A stretch of DNA of 64,000 nt. Origin: Eledone cirrhosa (Eukaryota). Under the pieces are notes generated by a model. It was not told where the DNA came from, did no database searches, and saw only the letters and a list, made by a program, of their open reading frames with translations. The stretch spans positions 54,126,001 to 54,190,000 of the forward strand of contig OZ024745.1 in assembly GCA_964016885.1 (NCBI GenBank), given 5' to 3'. Of the stretch, positions 41,107 to 56,596 are shown piece by piece (within the stretch, counting starts at the first letter, position 1; every line of letters starts with the position of its first letter). The position numbers and the translations under genes were made by a program.

Positions 41107-41145
<39 letters not shown>

Positions 41146-41214
41146 CATATACCCATGCATATATATATGGTTGGGTATATGTGCGTGTGCTTTCTTACAT
41201 CAATGTTCCAATGC

Positions 41215-41295
<81 letters not shown>

Positions 41296-41408
41296 GTGTA
41301 TTTGTGCGAGTGCGTCTGCATCTGTGTGTCTGCAAACACACAAACATACACACACACATACATACATACATAATACATGCATACATACATATATATATAT
41401 ATATATAT

Positions 41409-41494
<86 letters not shown>

Positions 41495-42479
41495 AGCATC
41501 ATCCGTGCGAGTAATTGATGTTCAGTACTTAGTTTTTAAGGTTGACAACTCCTTAAGAGTTCTGGAAGAGAACTTTATAGATTGGATTAACATATTCTGT
41601 GAAGTAGAATTAAAAAGAAAAACATACAAACATACAAAACTAAACGACATCCAACCGAACGAAGCAGGAAACCAAACAAAAACAACAATTACAAACACAC
41701 AAAACATAGAATAAAAAAAATATTAATAGAAACGATGAAAACTAAACTGGTATTCTTACAAAAAGACGGGAACAACAAAAGCAAATATAACTCCAAATAT
41801 AATACCACCACCACCAAATATAGCACCACCACTACAACTATAACACTCCCCACTACTAACACCAACACCAACTCCACCTCTACCATCACCACCACAAACT
41901 CCAACAACAACAAGAATAGCGATAACATTAAGTAAAGGCACAACAAACAATGTAAGAAATGATCCATGAAAAATTGACTGCTTCCGTTATAGTATCCAAT
42001 AAATTGCGACATTTCACAAATCATTGATTCTTTCTTTATTTATTTTTATATTTTCTTTCTTCTAAGTAATCATCAGTTCACTGCAAAACTGATTAACCTA
42101 TATCTTTAAAAGCATTACTGAAAGACTGAAACTTTCCAAACCGATGCATTCCTTCCATTTACTCTATTTTCAGATCAGCTAACATGCTTTATAGATTATG
42201 GACCGCCCAAGTTATTTTCCAATCAATTTTCCTTATATCATTTAATTATGTGCAGTGATGTGGTGAAATCCTATGTAACCAGGATTTCACCAGGCACATA
42301 CAGCTTTCTTTTCTAAGCTTTAAAATTCTACGATTCGGCAATATGTGTTACTCAAAAATATATGAACACTTTGTTATATTCTTCGTACGAAAAGCATTCC
42401 GTCAACTAAAGCATTGTTTCTAGAACTCACGGCTGTTACTATTTCCCGTTCCTTTTGAGACGGATGAAAGTCCTTCTCT

Positions 42480-43300
42480 TCTACTTCCCCATCTCACTGT
42501 GGTAACATGCTTGGGTGTCACTATTAGTAACTGAATACTGCTCTTTGTATAACAAACTCCTCGGCCTGTCCTAGCCGGGTGACATATTGTACAAAAGACC
42601 GCTTCATTTGGGAAGATATGCCCCCTCACAGCTATGGCGTCGATTGTACAATGGTGTCTCAACAATTCTATTTTCATTCCGCCTATACGCAGCTCTTCTG
42701 CGTCTTGCTTATGAGTTGGTCTGAAGCTACTGTAGTTCGCCTGATCGATATCAGAGATCAGTGATCAGTTTTCAGGGGCCACCGCGAGGAGCTCGACAAA
42801 CTTGGGCCCATACGAAGCTCTGAAGAAGCGACTCACATTCTACTTGCCAATCATCTCTTTCAGCAACTCTCAACGAAATTCAATGCTATTGTCCACCAGG
42901 TCATTCTCCGGGAATATTTTGTTCAGCATCCTCGTCATTTCAACTGTAGTCTCTATCGTGATTTCACCCTACCGATTATGTGTCACATCTGTTGCCAATC
43001 GTTTCCAGTTTTACTCCACTCGAATCCGTCTTGTCTCATTCGCAATCAGTGCAGGTTCGACGGACTGACATCTGTTGCAGCTTCCGATCACCTTTCGCAC
43101 GACCTTCTTGGTGATATTTGGGTCAACTCTCATTACCTCTGGGCCACCCAGCCGGCACCCTTCTCGAATTATCTGGCATCCATAATGAGGGTTTTCACTT
43201 TAGAAAGAAAATCTACCTTATTCTCCCTCTCATCGAAAGCACAATGACTATGTGCAATTTCAAGTTGAACTCTGCGGTTAGCTGTCGCAAACGACCCAGA
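42480..43300 (+). mobile_element. Possible Gypsy gag-like relic
   Basis: GPYEALKKRL..SNSQR..LLST resembles PYETLK..L..S..QR...LLS of gypsy gag-like proteins; very decayed. Confidence 0.3.
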
Positions 43301-44079
43301 TGATGCTCGGTAATCCTATCATCAGCCTTTCTATTGCACTCTCATCTCATCTTAATCACTGCTCCCACCCATCCAAGCACCATAATAGAATTCATTCGAA
43401 TTTCAATAGTTCACAATTCACATCTCAAGGTCAGATTCACGCTCTTCAGTACAGTAGCTAACTCGGCTACATTGATGTGGCTATTCTACCCTCACCTCTC
43501 CAAAATCTCTCATATCATGTCAACAACTTTCTCTCCCGTTTTATCGCCCCAGTACACTTCAGCATATCACATCTTGACATATATGCATGTTGTTCGAAGC
43601 CACCCAGGAATATGGTAGTGGTCCACCCGTCGTCCACACATTGAGAAAAGTTTTCGTCTGTTCATGCTGTCGCCCAGTTCTGGGATTTCACTCCCTCTCT
43701 TGAATACGAACTGGCTTGCCGTGTCTCTTCTCAGCGCAATTCTTCCTTCCCTAGAATCTGTTGACTTCGCGGTAAAACCAACTCTCATTAGACAACCTAC
43801 AGCCTCTGCTGCCGACACCAACATTTCGTCCATCACGACGTCATCTATGTTGAAATTGGGGTTTCCTTTCATTCTTTTCCATCATTTTCAAGATCAACAC
43901 GAGAAACGCCTGAATGATTGTTGATGCTGAGTTTAGTGTAAACCCACTGATTGACTCGACAAATATATGAAATCATTATCTTTATATGATTATTTTAAAG
44001 CTTCCGTCATCTCCTGAATAGAAAAAAAAAAGACGGAAAAATTAGAAGAAAACCAAATGAAACCGTATCAATTACAATG

Positions 44080-44560
44080 AACATACAGGTTACACAATTC
44101 ACCTCGGAAAATGTGGAAACCACGAATTCAATTCTCAAACGACTTCATGAAACTAAATCTCAGACATCCCGTGAGAATAGGGAATAACTCAGTGTACTTA
44201 AGTATCATCTTTGATCACTGCCTGAACCTCAAAATCCAGATCCCAAAGAAAAAGGTGAGAATGATTACTCACAAAAATATTGTCGGTAAGTTGACAAAAG
44301 CAACACAGGGTGCTATTTCACAGACCCTGCTTTAATAATTTTAGCTTTCTCCTTTTCCCTAGTTGCATACATCATACTTATAACCTAGATCCAGCTTTCA
44401 ATGTTTCATATCGATTGATCCTAGACAGTCTTAGACGAGTTCACTCTAGCAGTCTATATCATGGAGGTCAGATACGACCAGCAGCCAGTAGTAGAGACGA
44501 ACGTCATCAAAGCAACATGATGAATAACATTGTATGTTCGAACAAACACCAGTTTAGAGC
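44080..44560 (+). mobile_element. LINE RT relic (Ingi/Vingi/I-like)
   Basis: VYLSIIFDHCLNLK..KNIVGKLTKATQGA..TL resembles YLGVTLDRTL..RNNII.KLA...WGA...LR. Confidence 0.5.
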
Positions 44561-46234
44561 CACCTGATATCAAGTAAAACTTTCTTTAAATGCTTACAAT
44601 AAATGATGTAAGAATATATAGCAGCAAGGAATATTTATATTAGGACTGCATTTAACCTCTTACTCAGACAGACATGTCCAGTGTTAGTAAACACGCTATC
44701 ATGTAATATACCGTATATTCGTATGAAAATTGTTTGCTCCAAATTGAACAATCAAAATTAATTATTTTTACCGTGGCAAAACACGTGACTATTCAATATC
44801 AATGGAACGACATAGTAAACTATTCTGTTATAAGCTAATAAAGGTATAAAAACACTGTAACTTCATTTGTCTCACTTTACTATAGATTTCATTTACAGAC
44901 AGTCACGTTACAGAAAAGTAAATCGCTCGTATATTGTATTCTATAATCTATGCATTTTACTACAGATTGCATTTACAGTAGAGTAATTTGCATGTATGTA
45001 GTATTCTGTATCCTATCGGGCCTGGACAAGGGCTGGGCAGGTAGGTCAATTGGCTCGAGCTTAAGCTTTTGAGGGGACCTACTTTTCTCAGACTATTGTT
45101 CTTTCATTTCGTTCTGTTGTAAGCATATCATGTATACTTCATGGACATACATGTAGTGTACTCCATATATAAACTATATGTGCATACATGTAGCGTACTC
45201 TCTATATATCTCTCACGTGTATTTAACACTGGTTGTCAAAATATAGAATGAACAGTTGAGACGAGCTTGCATTCCTGATCTGTAAACATATTTTACATCT
45301 GGCCTGATTCTATTACCAGCACTGCAGGGATCTTCATGAGATTGATTACCAGTTGATTAAAACTATAGACTATATTGTGTGCGTCTGTTTGTGCTAAATA
45401 AAACGCAATAATTAGCTGGCATCAACAGATGTTATATTAGCATTTTCACGAATGTTATCAAGCCGTAAATTTACATTTAATTTAGAACTTTTGGCGTTCC
45501 AATTTTGGAATTTTGAGTATTATAAACATTCAAAAACACTGCTTTACTTCGACCTATGCACTTTCAGGCAATTAGAGGCAATGACGAGGACATTTAGCTG
45601 AATGTGAAGTGAATTCGTTAAAAAAATGACTTATAAAATAACCTACTTCGCGTAGAATTATCATATGAATGTAGTGCTGCTATTGCACCCAAACAGTGGC
45701 ATTATAGACATAAAGTGTTTTGCATCATCTAGGCACATTTATGCTTTACTAGAAGGATTGAATACACGCACACACTCCACTCTCACACACACAGATACAC
45801 GAACATACACTCATAAATACATATAGTCAGTTGGTGGGTAATATAATATTACTATAGGCGACAAGTATTTGAGTACTCAATGCTATTACATGTATGGGAT
45901 GTTCCATGTTGAAAGTGTAAACTCACTTAGGCATCAGTTTGTTATTGATATAACACCCAGAGTGTTTATATTAAGTAAGAGAATAAGAACTTTCAGTTTA
46001 ACATATATCTTAATTACACGTAACACGTTATTTACAAATGATCATCTCAAGGCAGTAATCGATTACGATAGGCCTTGCTCCTGTCATCAATTTGCTCAGA
46101 AGATATATAGAAGGTCAAAATCGAAATGAACATATTTCGATTATGATCAATACCAGATCGGGGCCGATCGTAATTGATTAAGGGTTCGAAATTATCCCTT
46201 TCGAAACAAGTGATTACGAATAAAATGTGGTAAA

Positions 46235-46303
<69 letters not shown>

Positions 46304-46664
46304 ACGACCCCCCCCCCCACATATATATATATATATATATGTATATGGCAAAATTAGAAACAAAATGTAATGTATGAATATCATATCGGAGATGTGGCTG
46401 TTAATCGTTATGTAAGAAAAAACTTACTAAAAGAGAACATTAACAGACGTGAGAATTGTTTATTTAATCTATGAGAGGAATTATATCTACAGTGGGTGAA
46501 AAACAATCTGGAAAATGTATTCAGAATGTTATGCGAGCAATACAATGTAAAATCGCCTGTATATGCATTAAAAATCTTTTATCTGACATCGAAACCTCCA
46601 GCATTTAGACAGAAGATAAACCCCAGCCAAACCCGCCGTGTCTATATGTGTTTGTCTACTTAAT

Positions 46665-46800
46665 GCTTTCCAATTTAGACAGAGGGCCAGAAATTTGGGG
46701 GAAGGGGAAGCCGATTAAATCGACCCAATACTTAACTGGTAGTTTATTTTGTCGACTCCGGAAGGATGGTAAGGAGACCTGAGCAAGATGTGAACTGGAG
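46665..46800 (-). mobile_element. SINE fragment (Meta-type core)
   Basis: gattaaatcgaccc..actggtagtttattttgtcgactccggaaggatg. Confidence 0.6.
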
Positions 46801-47246
46801 AATCGATTAAGTGCTGTTATGCAATGTCATGCTGAGAGGATATTGTTGGGGTTATAAAACCTTAAGTATTTCCGTTATTAAAAACTCCGCTTATTGGCTA
46901 TTGTATATATATATTAGTTATAATACTTTTTTCGATATATTATCTCCACCGGTATTAGAATTACGTATATATTTTCATTTTCTTATAGTTACTAAAAGTT
47001 ATATTGTCAGTTAGATGATATGTTGTTGAATTTGTAAACTCATATAATTACATCCGTTGGAAAAGAAATGAGTTTTTCTTTGTATTTTCTAATGTTAACA
47101 AGAAATCTGACCTCAAGTTGTTAAGCAACGACAGAATAGGAGGTTTAAGATCCTCTATTTGTATATTCTGTTGTCTCTGTACATCAGTTTGCCGAATACG
47201 CACGCACACACGCACACATGCATATATATATATATATATATATGAT

Positions 47247-48899
47247 TGACGTCATATTCCTTCTTAGAGAGTAACGAAAAGAATGGGTATGCATGTAAAG
47301 ACGCTGCTTGAATCTATTGGCGGTTAACCCTATATAGGCCCTACGGGACGTGGGTGTTTCAACCTTACATTTGTAGATAATATTACTAGAGAGGCAGGAA
47401 ATGCCTCTCTAGTAACATTGTCTACAAATGTAAGGTTGAAACACCCACGTCTCGTAGGGCCTACATAGGGTTAACCGCCAATAGATTCAAGCAGCGTTTT
47501 TACATGCATACCAATTCTTTTCGTTACCCTCTAAGAAGGAATATGACGTCACTTTCAGCTTCTATCTGGAGTCTAAAAGACAACCACACCCAATATAAGT
47601 TACACTGGGAGATCCTAGCTAGGGCTAGATCGTATAACGGAAATAAAAGACCATGTGACCTCTGCGCCGCTGAGGCGCTGGAAATATTCTACGCCACAGA
47701 CCACATCTTAAACAAACAATCTGAGGCAATTTCGGCTTGTAAACATAAATTGCACAAAACTTTCCTGTATTACAGCCCCACATTATACCCTAACGCATAG
47801 TGCGATCTATACGCGGATATTTTACGTCTTGATGTGGTAGCTAAGTATATGTTATGTTTATACCATTACTTATTTGCATAGGTAAGTATATATTACCTGT
47901 ATGTTTTGTGAAGGTACGTATACTTTCTCGTACGTATATTTGATTGTATATGTTATGGCGTATATTTTAAATATTCTGGTACATATGCTTTTGGTTATGT
48001 GTATACGTGAGTTTTGCGTCTGTATGAGTATGCGGGTTCGTACGTATGTAGGGTGTGTGTATATGTGTACTTCGTGTTATGGTTGACGTACGTCTCCGAA
48101 AATATGTGCATTTACATGTAGGTACGTGTGTGCGCTTGTTATATACGTATTTATTTATTTATATACGTATTTATTTATTTATATACGTTTATTTAATTAT
48201 TTGTATACACGCACACACACACACATTCTTATATGTGCGTGTATTTGTATACTTATGGCCAGTGTTTTCGCGTATGCTTGTGTATGTGCGTATTTGGATG
48301 CGTGTATGTATTTATTTAATTTCAATTATCTCTGTATCTTATTTACTTTATTCTTAGCTCTGAAGCAGAGAATCATTCGGTTTCCGAGTTAGAATTTTAG
48401 TCTACGACTTCAGTTATACCATTTACGTGGTTTTGTCTTTGCGTGCAACTGTTCTCCACGCTCCACATATGACGTATTATCTTCGTTTTTTCCGTTCATT
48501 GCCAGAGAACGTCTCTATGAACCACCTAAGGGAATATTATACCACACTCTTTTATACCATAAACGTGGTTTTGTCTTTGCGTGTAATTGTTTTTCACCGC
48601 TCCAAATAATGACGTATTATATTCGTTTTTTCCCGTTCTTTGCCAGGGAACGTTTCAACGAACCAACGTATCGTCTTCCTGTCTTCCTCCGGTTGCAACG
48701 TTTTTTGAAATCTTCACTTCTGCGTTCACAGATTGACTTTGTTAGTTTCAGAAGATCCCGTTAAGGGTGAAAGCAGCGATTCTTTGCTTAAACTTTAATC
48801 TGTTATTTTAATAAATATTTGCTCTACGGTTCTTATATATTTGATATATTTATCCTTATCGAGCCCTCTTTGGATTTTAGTCTTAAAATTTATTATTAT

Positions 48900-48900
<1 letters not shown>
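47247..48900 (+). mobile_element. 5'-truncated Nematis-like PLE (second family): GIY-YIG, 1.1-kb 3' UTR, HHR, 5' snap-back hairpin
   Basis: Frame 47399-47800 reads KCLSSNIVYKCKV..YIGLTANRFKQRF..H..TSLS..IW..CDLC..E..LNK..CKH. Arms 47247-47396 and 47402-47551 are inverted. Confidence 0.88.
48744..48794 (+). ncRNA. Variant hammerhead (U4A core, U.U at stem II base)
   Basis: agttt CAGAAGA t ccc gttaa ggg t GAAA gcag cgattct ttgc TT aaact. Confidence 0.6.
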
Positions 48901-48935
<35 letters not shown>

Positions 48936-49417
48936 CTATTTATACTGCAAAATAATATTAGTATATAGATAATAGTAAAATTAATCTTTGATAATTGATA
49001 GAGTAATCGTATCCAAAGATATAATATATTTAAACAAATCGGTATGTTAGTATAAAGAATGTAAGACTATAAGGAATTCAAAGATAAATATTTGCAATAT
49101 CACTTTAGAAAACGTAATTTAAAAAAATGGTAATGTCTCAGTGGTTGAGTCGTAAAATTGCTGATTATATATTTATATAACTGCCAACTTTAGGTAGCAC
49201 GGTCTGATGGAGTACAATGTCTCAAAGAAGGTGGTGATGCTTTCTACTGTATGGGAGCTTCTACACCACCGTTAGTTGCAACACCTTGTTCCTGCTGTGC
49301 GTAGTGCGATGTACTTTCTGGATTTGGAATTTTCCTTCATTGTTTTGTAATATGAATGGTTTTGATGTTATCGGTGTAATATTAAAGAGTTTTGAGTAAA
49401 TTATGTGCAATTTCAAT

Positions 49418-49650
49418 AGGTTCTGCGTTTCTCGTCTCGGCTTCGACCGTTCGTTATTTGCGTCCTTTGGCTTCGCTAGGTACTGCCTTGATTGCCTCAG
49501 CCCGTTCCCTTTATTCTCTCCGTACTTCGCCTTTACTAGGTTCTGTCTCTCTCGCCTCGGTTCTTTGTTTTCGTTCGCTGCATCCTTCGGTTTTGCTAGC
49601 CTCTGCTTTGCTCGGGTCGTTGCTGTTTGTTCGTTCGCCTCGGAGCTTAC
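49418..49650 (-). repeat. Degenerate 60-bp tandem repeat (about 4 units), possible Helitron N-terminal relic
   Basis: Units start at 49418, 49478, 49538 and 49598; the minus frames give charged 20-aa repeats. Confidence 0.55.
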
Positions 49651-52202
49651 CATTCGCTCTCATTCTCGTTTGGCTTATCCAGTTTTCCACTGGTTGGCTC
49701 TCGTAATGGATGTACACAATTCCAACCCCTACCGGATGTACAGCTAGTCCATTCGCGCTGATAGTGTCTAACAGAATATTTAAGCACTGTCTTGGTGTAT
49801 TCTATATGAAAAAAAAAACTAACCCGTACTTAAGTGAAATTACACACGCATACACATATACAAATATACGCACATATATATATCCCTATGATTCCCTTAT
49901 TTAAGATGGTAAGTCGGGCAACTCCATTGATGTTCCTGTTTAGATTCTGGTTGTGGCTATACTAAAGAAGGAAAATATGCCAGGAGATGTTAAGTCTGAC
50001 AAGAAAGTTCTCATAGATAGATCCAGGCATTTTAGTCGTTCAAGTTTGAATAAAGATATTTAGCAGCTTCTATTATGCTAGAGAAACTATTGTTCAATTA
50101 ACATCCTCTACATAAATAGGTATGTTTCGGGAATTTCTGATAAAATGACTGTAGCATTCAAATATATCAGAAAGGTTTTATCGTAAATAAATTACCACTA
50201 CAGTTATATTTCCAATGCATCTGATTATATTGTGCAGCGGTGCTTCTCTGAAGTTTTATGTATAATCGATTTTCTTATTTTATTTGTATATTTATCTTAA
50301 TCTAACTGTGTGTTTTTAGATCAGCATTTTTCTTCTTATTTATGTGTTTTTGTGTAATTTTTATATACACAAAAATCAATTTTTGTTTCTAATATTTTTT
50401 CATTGTTTACTGTACAACTGCTTTCGAACCAAATCTATCATTTTATGTCGCAGTGAAGCTTTAATCACCATATTTCCAAACAATCTCTTATATGAGCCGA
50501 CAAAGGAGCCCCATATGCAGTTGTTCATTCTACTAGAAATAGCCCCCCCCCCCGAATAACACGTTAGTCTCTTACATAAAGCAAGGACATATTCAACAAG
50601 GCATAGATATATAACATTTATAGATATATATAAAACAAATACATGTTAGTCATGACTGGAATGCGTTTGATAGTAGGTCTGCTCAAACAGGTTTGACTCC
50701 GACTAAACATCAACATCAATCTGCCAATTTTTGTTGTTTAGCTCTCGGATTAGCTCTTATATGGCCAAAGGCGTTCCATTCATGACATGCTGACTTTGTT
50801 ATACGCTATTTTATCACAGATAGACTTAATCCATCATCCTATTTAAAACTCTCACCTCGCCTTTGGCTACCTATACCTAGTTGGTTATAGAGTTCATCTG
50901 TTACCTGGTTAACACCTTATACGGCTCGGGATACCTTTAGTGTGTGTGTGTGGGGGGTCCATTCTGTTGAAATCATTAGAACTAAAGATAACATTATAGG
51001 TTAATATATTGTCCTACTACAGTAACCCATTAGTTGGGGGTTTTATATACTTTTTCTCCAGATTCGAAGGCTCTGAAAAATCGCCATCGTTTCTGTACCT
51101 TTTCTCTTAGTTAAACTATAAAACTATCCTGAACTACATTATTATTTAAAACTTCAGCTGGGTGTGATATGAGGAAAGTCCATTTGTTATTTCTAACACT
51201 TCAAGCTATGTTCTAATTTAAAGTAGGTCAAATGATGTTTTTTTGTGTCTTGGTTTTACCAGTTTGTATTATTCGACATCATGATGATATTGTATTGCTT
51301 TGGTTTTGTCACCTTTTGTGGCGAATCACTGAAAAAGTTTTTGAAAATATTGAGTTTAAATAGAATTTCTCGATTTTGTGTTGTTTTCTTAACTTTATTT
51401 CATTTTCATTTTTTTTTATCTTAGTCTTCTTCTTTTCTTTTAGTATGGACGAACATCATAATAAAACTATAAAATTATTTCAACAACTCAATGCATTTTA
51501 GTTGGTGATAATAGAAACGCAGTTTTTGTCTAAATAAATGTCTTGAATTAGTAAAACAATATATTGTAAAGAACATCGAAGACAAATAGCCTTAAGAAAA
51601 AAATAGAAGCCAACGAATTGTTTCTCTCCCAGAAAATATACAAAAATAAAATAAGAAAATGAAATAGATTTTAAAAGATATTCTAATTAAAATGTCATCG
51701 TTTCTGCGAGCTTTCTCACCAATGAAAATACTACGCGCTATTTTCTTTCTCATCAATGATGACGTACTTTAATTTTTTAAAATTCATATCAGCTGGTGTA
51801 TTTATTTATTTATGTATTTATTTATTTATCTATTTATTTGTTTATTTATATTGTGATCTTCTTCACGGGCAAAAGAAAAAGAAAAAGAAAAAGAAAAAGA
51901 AAAAGAAAAAGAAAAAGAAAAAGAAAAAGAAAAAGAAAAACATTTGCAAGAATGACATCGTGACATTTCAAATAAAAGTTCTGTTTCTTAATACAAAATA
52001 TTGTATTTCCTCCGGTGAGAAAAAAATACCCGAAAACCAACAAAACAAGAAAGTCAAAAGAATTTAAATAAAAACAAGGAGTAAAAACAAATTAAAGACA
52101 GAAGCCGTTCCCCCAAATCAATATGGTGGAATTAAAAAGAACATAAACGAAAGAAAAGAAACAAACAAAAAAGAAACCAAGAACATGAATAAGAGCAACT
52201 AC

Positions 52203-52248
<46 letters not shown>

Positions 52249-52446
52249 GTAGTAGTAGTAGTAGTAGTAGTAGTAATAATAATAATAATGATAATAATAA
52301 TAATAATAATAAATAATCACACATTGTTTTTCTCAGCGTAAGATTTTTTCTCATGTGATCTGACGGTTTCAATGACGCTAATTATGGAAAAAAAGAAAAT
52401 TTATACCAATTCTTTGAAAGATTGCCGTCCAAAAACTTCATTATCC

Positions 52447-52491
<45 letters not shown>

Positions 52492-54226
52492 TGATAATGA
52501 TGATGATGTTGATGATTATTTTTAATCATTTATTTATTTATTTATTTATTTGTTGGCTGGCAGCAGGGAGAAGGCACATTATTTGTATTGAGCATAAACA
52601 TTTTGTTGTTGTTGTGGTGTCGTAATTACTCCTTTGCTGCTATTCTCATACCCATACAGTTTTATATAAATTTATTGTTTTGTTTATACTACGTGCTATA
52701 TTGTATAATCGGATATTAATTTTTATAGTCTTTTTTTTTCTTCGATGAAATTCTCACAAATGTTTGTCTTTGATTTTCGTCTTCGTAATATCCTTCCTTC
52801 AACGGACCTATGAATGTACAGAAAACATCATTATTTTTACCATTATCGACGACTTGCCTTTCATCATTCTCAGGTCGAAAAAATAAAGTCCAGCCATGTA
52901 AAAGCACCCATTTGATAGACTGTTATCTCTCATAGAATGTCAGTCTTTGTGCCTATACTATTATTGTTGCTGTCGCTACAGCTGTCGTTGCTGCTGTTAT
53001 ATCTTACCGAAGCAAGATGTTTTTTTTTGTTTTCGTATATTTTTTAATAAAGTTTTGAACTTCGATTACTTTTTCCCCTTTCGTTTGGATTAATATAAAA
53101 TAGGACATTCTGAACAATTTGGAATTCATTTTCACCAAATTAATTGGTGTGTGCTTTCTGAGAGTTTTGCATCTCTCTCTCTCCGTGTCTCTCTGTGAAG
53201 ATGACATATAATGAAATCTACAACATGATATGCCCCTAATACAAAGAAAGGAAAATCGTTGAAAAACAGGCACATGTAAAAAATTAAACGCAAATAACTG
53301 GCTCTTTATCGCATGACACAAGGTAAAATACTGAGACAAGGAAATAAAAAATATTCATAAGTATGAGTATTTTGTATATCTAGAGTTATAATGTTTATGA
53401 ATAAATATTTGAAAGCCTTCAGCTATGAATTTTGGAAACTGATGACGTAGTGCCACCTAGTGGATTCCATCAGAAGTATGGGTGGGTAACTGTCAACGAT
53501 GATCATCGTTTCTGACTCTGGTCGTTATTAAGATAGTGCTCTCTTACCCTGATCTCTGTTGGAACTCAATATAGGCGAAAACATATAGCTTTGACACTTA
53601 CGTACATGGGCTGATTAGCCTCATTTGCATACAGAGTTGTCGGCCAGCTCAAGAAGGAAGAGGACTCAACAGCGAAGAAAAGAGAAGTTCGATATAAAAG
53701 TGTTTAAAACGCAGCAAAAGGACGGCATAATCGTCAATTATAGAATATACGGGCAGGAGAAAGACGAAGAAATAATTATTGAATGAAATTAAACAGATGC
53801 GGTGTAATGCATACAATCTGCTATATAAAATTAGGGTCTCATGCATCTTATGTCGGGTGGAAGTATCTCAAAACTGTATGGGGAATTGGCCACCAGCTCA
53901 AGCGCGCGATGATGTCCTCATCTTCGTTTCAAAACCGCCTGCAGGAGAGATATGAACTCAATAGACCTAGACATCCAGAGAAGCGAGGATACCGCTAATG
54001 ATCGCCAGAAAGGACAACGCAGTAACACCGGAAGAGAACATCTTCAAATACAGTCACTGTATACAAGACGGCCACTCCCACATGGGCCTGTACAACCGCA
54101 GTAGACATTCCACCACCATCCGAAGCTGACAATATTTTCTAGGCACAGATCCATAGTCTTTCGAGACCGACGGATGCCAATAATAAAATTAATACATATG
54201 TACACACACACACACACACACACACT

Positions 54227-54261
<35 letters not shown>

Positions 54262-54276
54262 AAACACACAAACACA

Positions 54277-54359
<83 letters not shown>

Positions 54360-54382
54360 TTATATATGTATCTTATATGTAT

Positions 54383-54547
54383 ATAAGATACAGAAGCGAA
54401 AACCAATCCAAACCAAACAGTGAGTGTGTTTTATTATTATTTCTAGCAATATTGTAACAATATGACTCCCCCCACCCCGCAAACATAACAGTATTTGTTT
54501 CAACACACGATTTCATATAAAAAACCTTACTAAGCAAATACATCGCC

Positions 54548-54548
<1 letters not shown>
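54383..54548 (+). mobile_element. Naiad-like pLTR 3' fragment
   Basis: Matches 12295-12400 (cagaagcgaaaa..ccaaacagtga) and the 25275-25320 tail (gtttcaacacacgatttca). Confidence 0.75.
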
Positions 54549-54642
<94 letters not shown>

Positions 54643-54706
54643 TATATATATGCACACACATATATGAATAAATAAATACACACACACACACTCACACAGG
54701 CGCGCA

Positions 54707-54762
<56 letters not shown>

Positions 54763-54773
54763 GTAATAATAAT

Positions 54774-54970
54774 AAATTTGAAAACTAAAACCCAAAGAGG
54801 GCTCGATATATATCAAATATATAAGAACCGTAGAGCAAATACGTCTTCCTCCGGTTGCAACGTTTTTTGAAATATTCACTTCTGCATTTGTTAGTTTCAG
54901 AAGATCCCGTTAAGGGTGAAAGCAGCGATTCTTTCCTTAAACTTTAATCTGTTATTTTAATAAATAAATA
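54774..54970. mobile_element. Twin-primed pLTR fragment of the 47247-48900 family, with HHR at 54893-54943
   Basis: Inverted 3' tip 54774-54841 followed by direct body 54842-54970. Confidence 0.82.
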
Positions 54971-55193
54971 TATAATATATGTATATTTATCAATATATAT
55001 ATAAATATATATACAGATAGAGAAAAAGAGAGTGACAGATAGTCACACCTTTCAACAATAAATTCTTGTTTACAGTGATATTTAAGACCTACCATTCATA
55101 GAGAATTTCTAAAGTGCAAAAGATTTTTTATATCTACTATCAACATTTCCTTTTTCGTGTCAAAACAGCTTTATATCGAAAAACGAAAATAGG

Positions 55194-55302
<109 letters not shown>

Positions 55303-55317
55303 TATATATATATATAT

Positions 55318-55686
<369 letters not shown>

Positions 55687-55748
55687 CTTCTATTTATCTG
55701 CTTGTCGTCATCGATCCCTTTCATTGCCCCACCCGTCTCTCAATATAC

Positions 55749-55813
<65 letters not shown>

Positions 55814-55859
55814 TATATTCTGTATATATTGCTTGCTTCGGCGGAGATCTAGTTGCTAT

Positions 55860-56476
55860 TTGTCCCACGTCAACCGACAGCATAATGTCTTCGCTACAGA
55901 CACGATATTGTATAGTGAGACTGATAGAAGGCAATTGGAAGACCAGTTTCCGATATCTGTGTCTATGGTGGAAAGAAGCAAACCAGGGCCGGCAAATCAT
56001 GTTTTCAATTTATGCTGAAGTTAAAACCATCGCTAAACTCGTATATCTATACACGATAGTCAGGTGTCTGTTAAAGGCCCAGCTGTAGATTTCTAAACCA
56101 CGCCAAAACTTAGTAGGACCCAACCAGTAAAGATCTATTAAAGGAACATTAATACGTACATGTAGTACAAAATACTAATTTACATTAATGGAATAATAAG
56201 TTCCCCCAGTTAACCCTCGATACAAATATCACACCTAATTAAGGTTTTAGAGGTGGTCCCCTTCAATAATTATATGATAGATGTAATCATGTATTCTCAT
56301 AAGACCTTGCAGCTATAAAGCTTGTCACCTTTGGTGAAAAACTCTACCAGAGTGTCCATTTAGAATCTCGATGGGATCATAGAGCAGCGATGTGAGCAGG
56401 CTGGTTAGCTTACATATACTGAACCTTCTGAAGTCCAGATTATCTTTCGCAAATATCGGTCTATACCAGGATGGGT
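55860..56476 (+). mobile_element. Old Nematis-like PLE RT relic
   Basis: FRISMGS..LVSLHILNLL..NIGLYQDG resembles FDITMGS..ELVGLYIL..IGLYRDDG. Confidence 0.55.
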
Positions 56477-56490
56477 GTTGGGGGGGGGGG

Positions 56491-56596
<106 letters not shown>

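Noticed and set aside
53640-54170. DDVLIFVS motif, possible L1/Tx1 RT relic
   Set aside because: Single weak motif; insufficient support.
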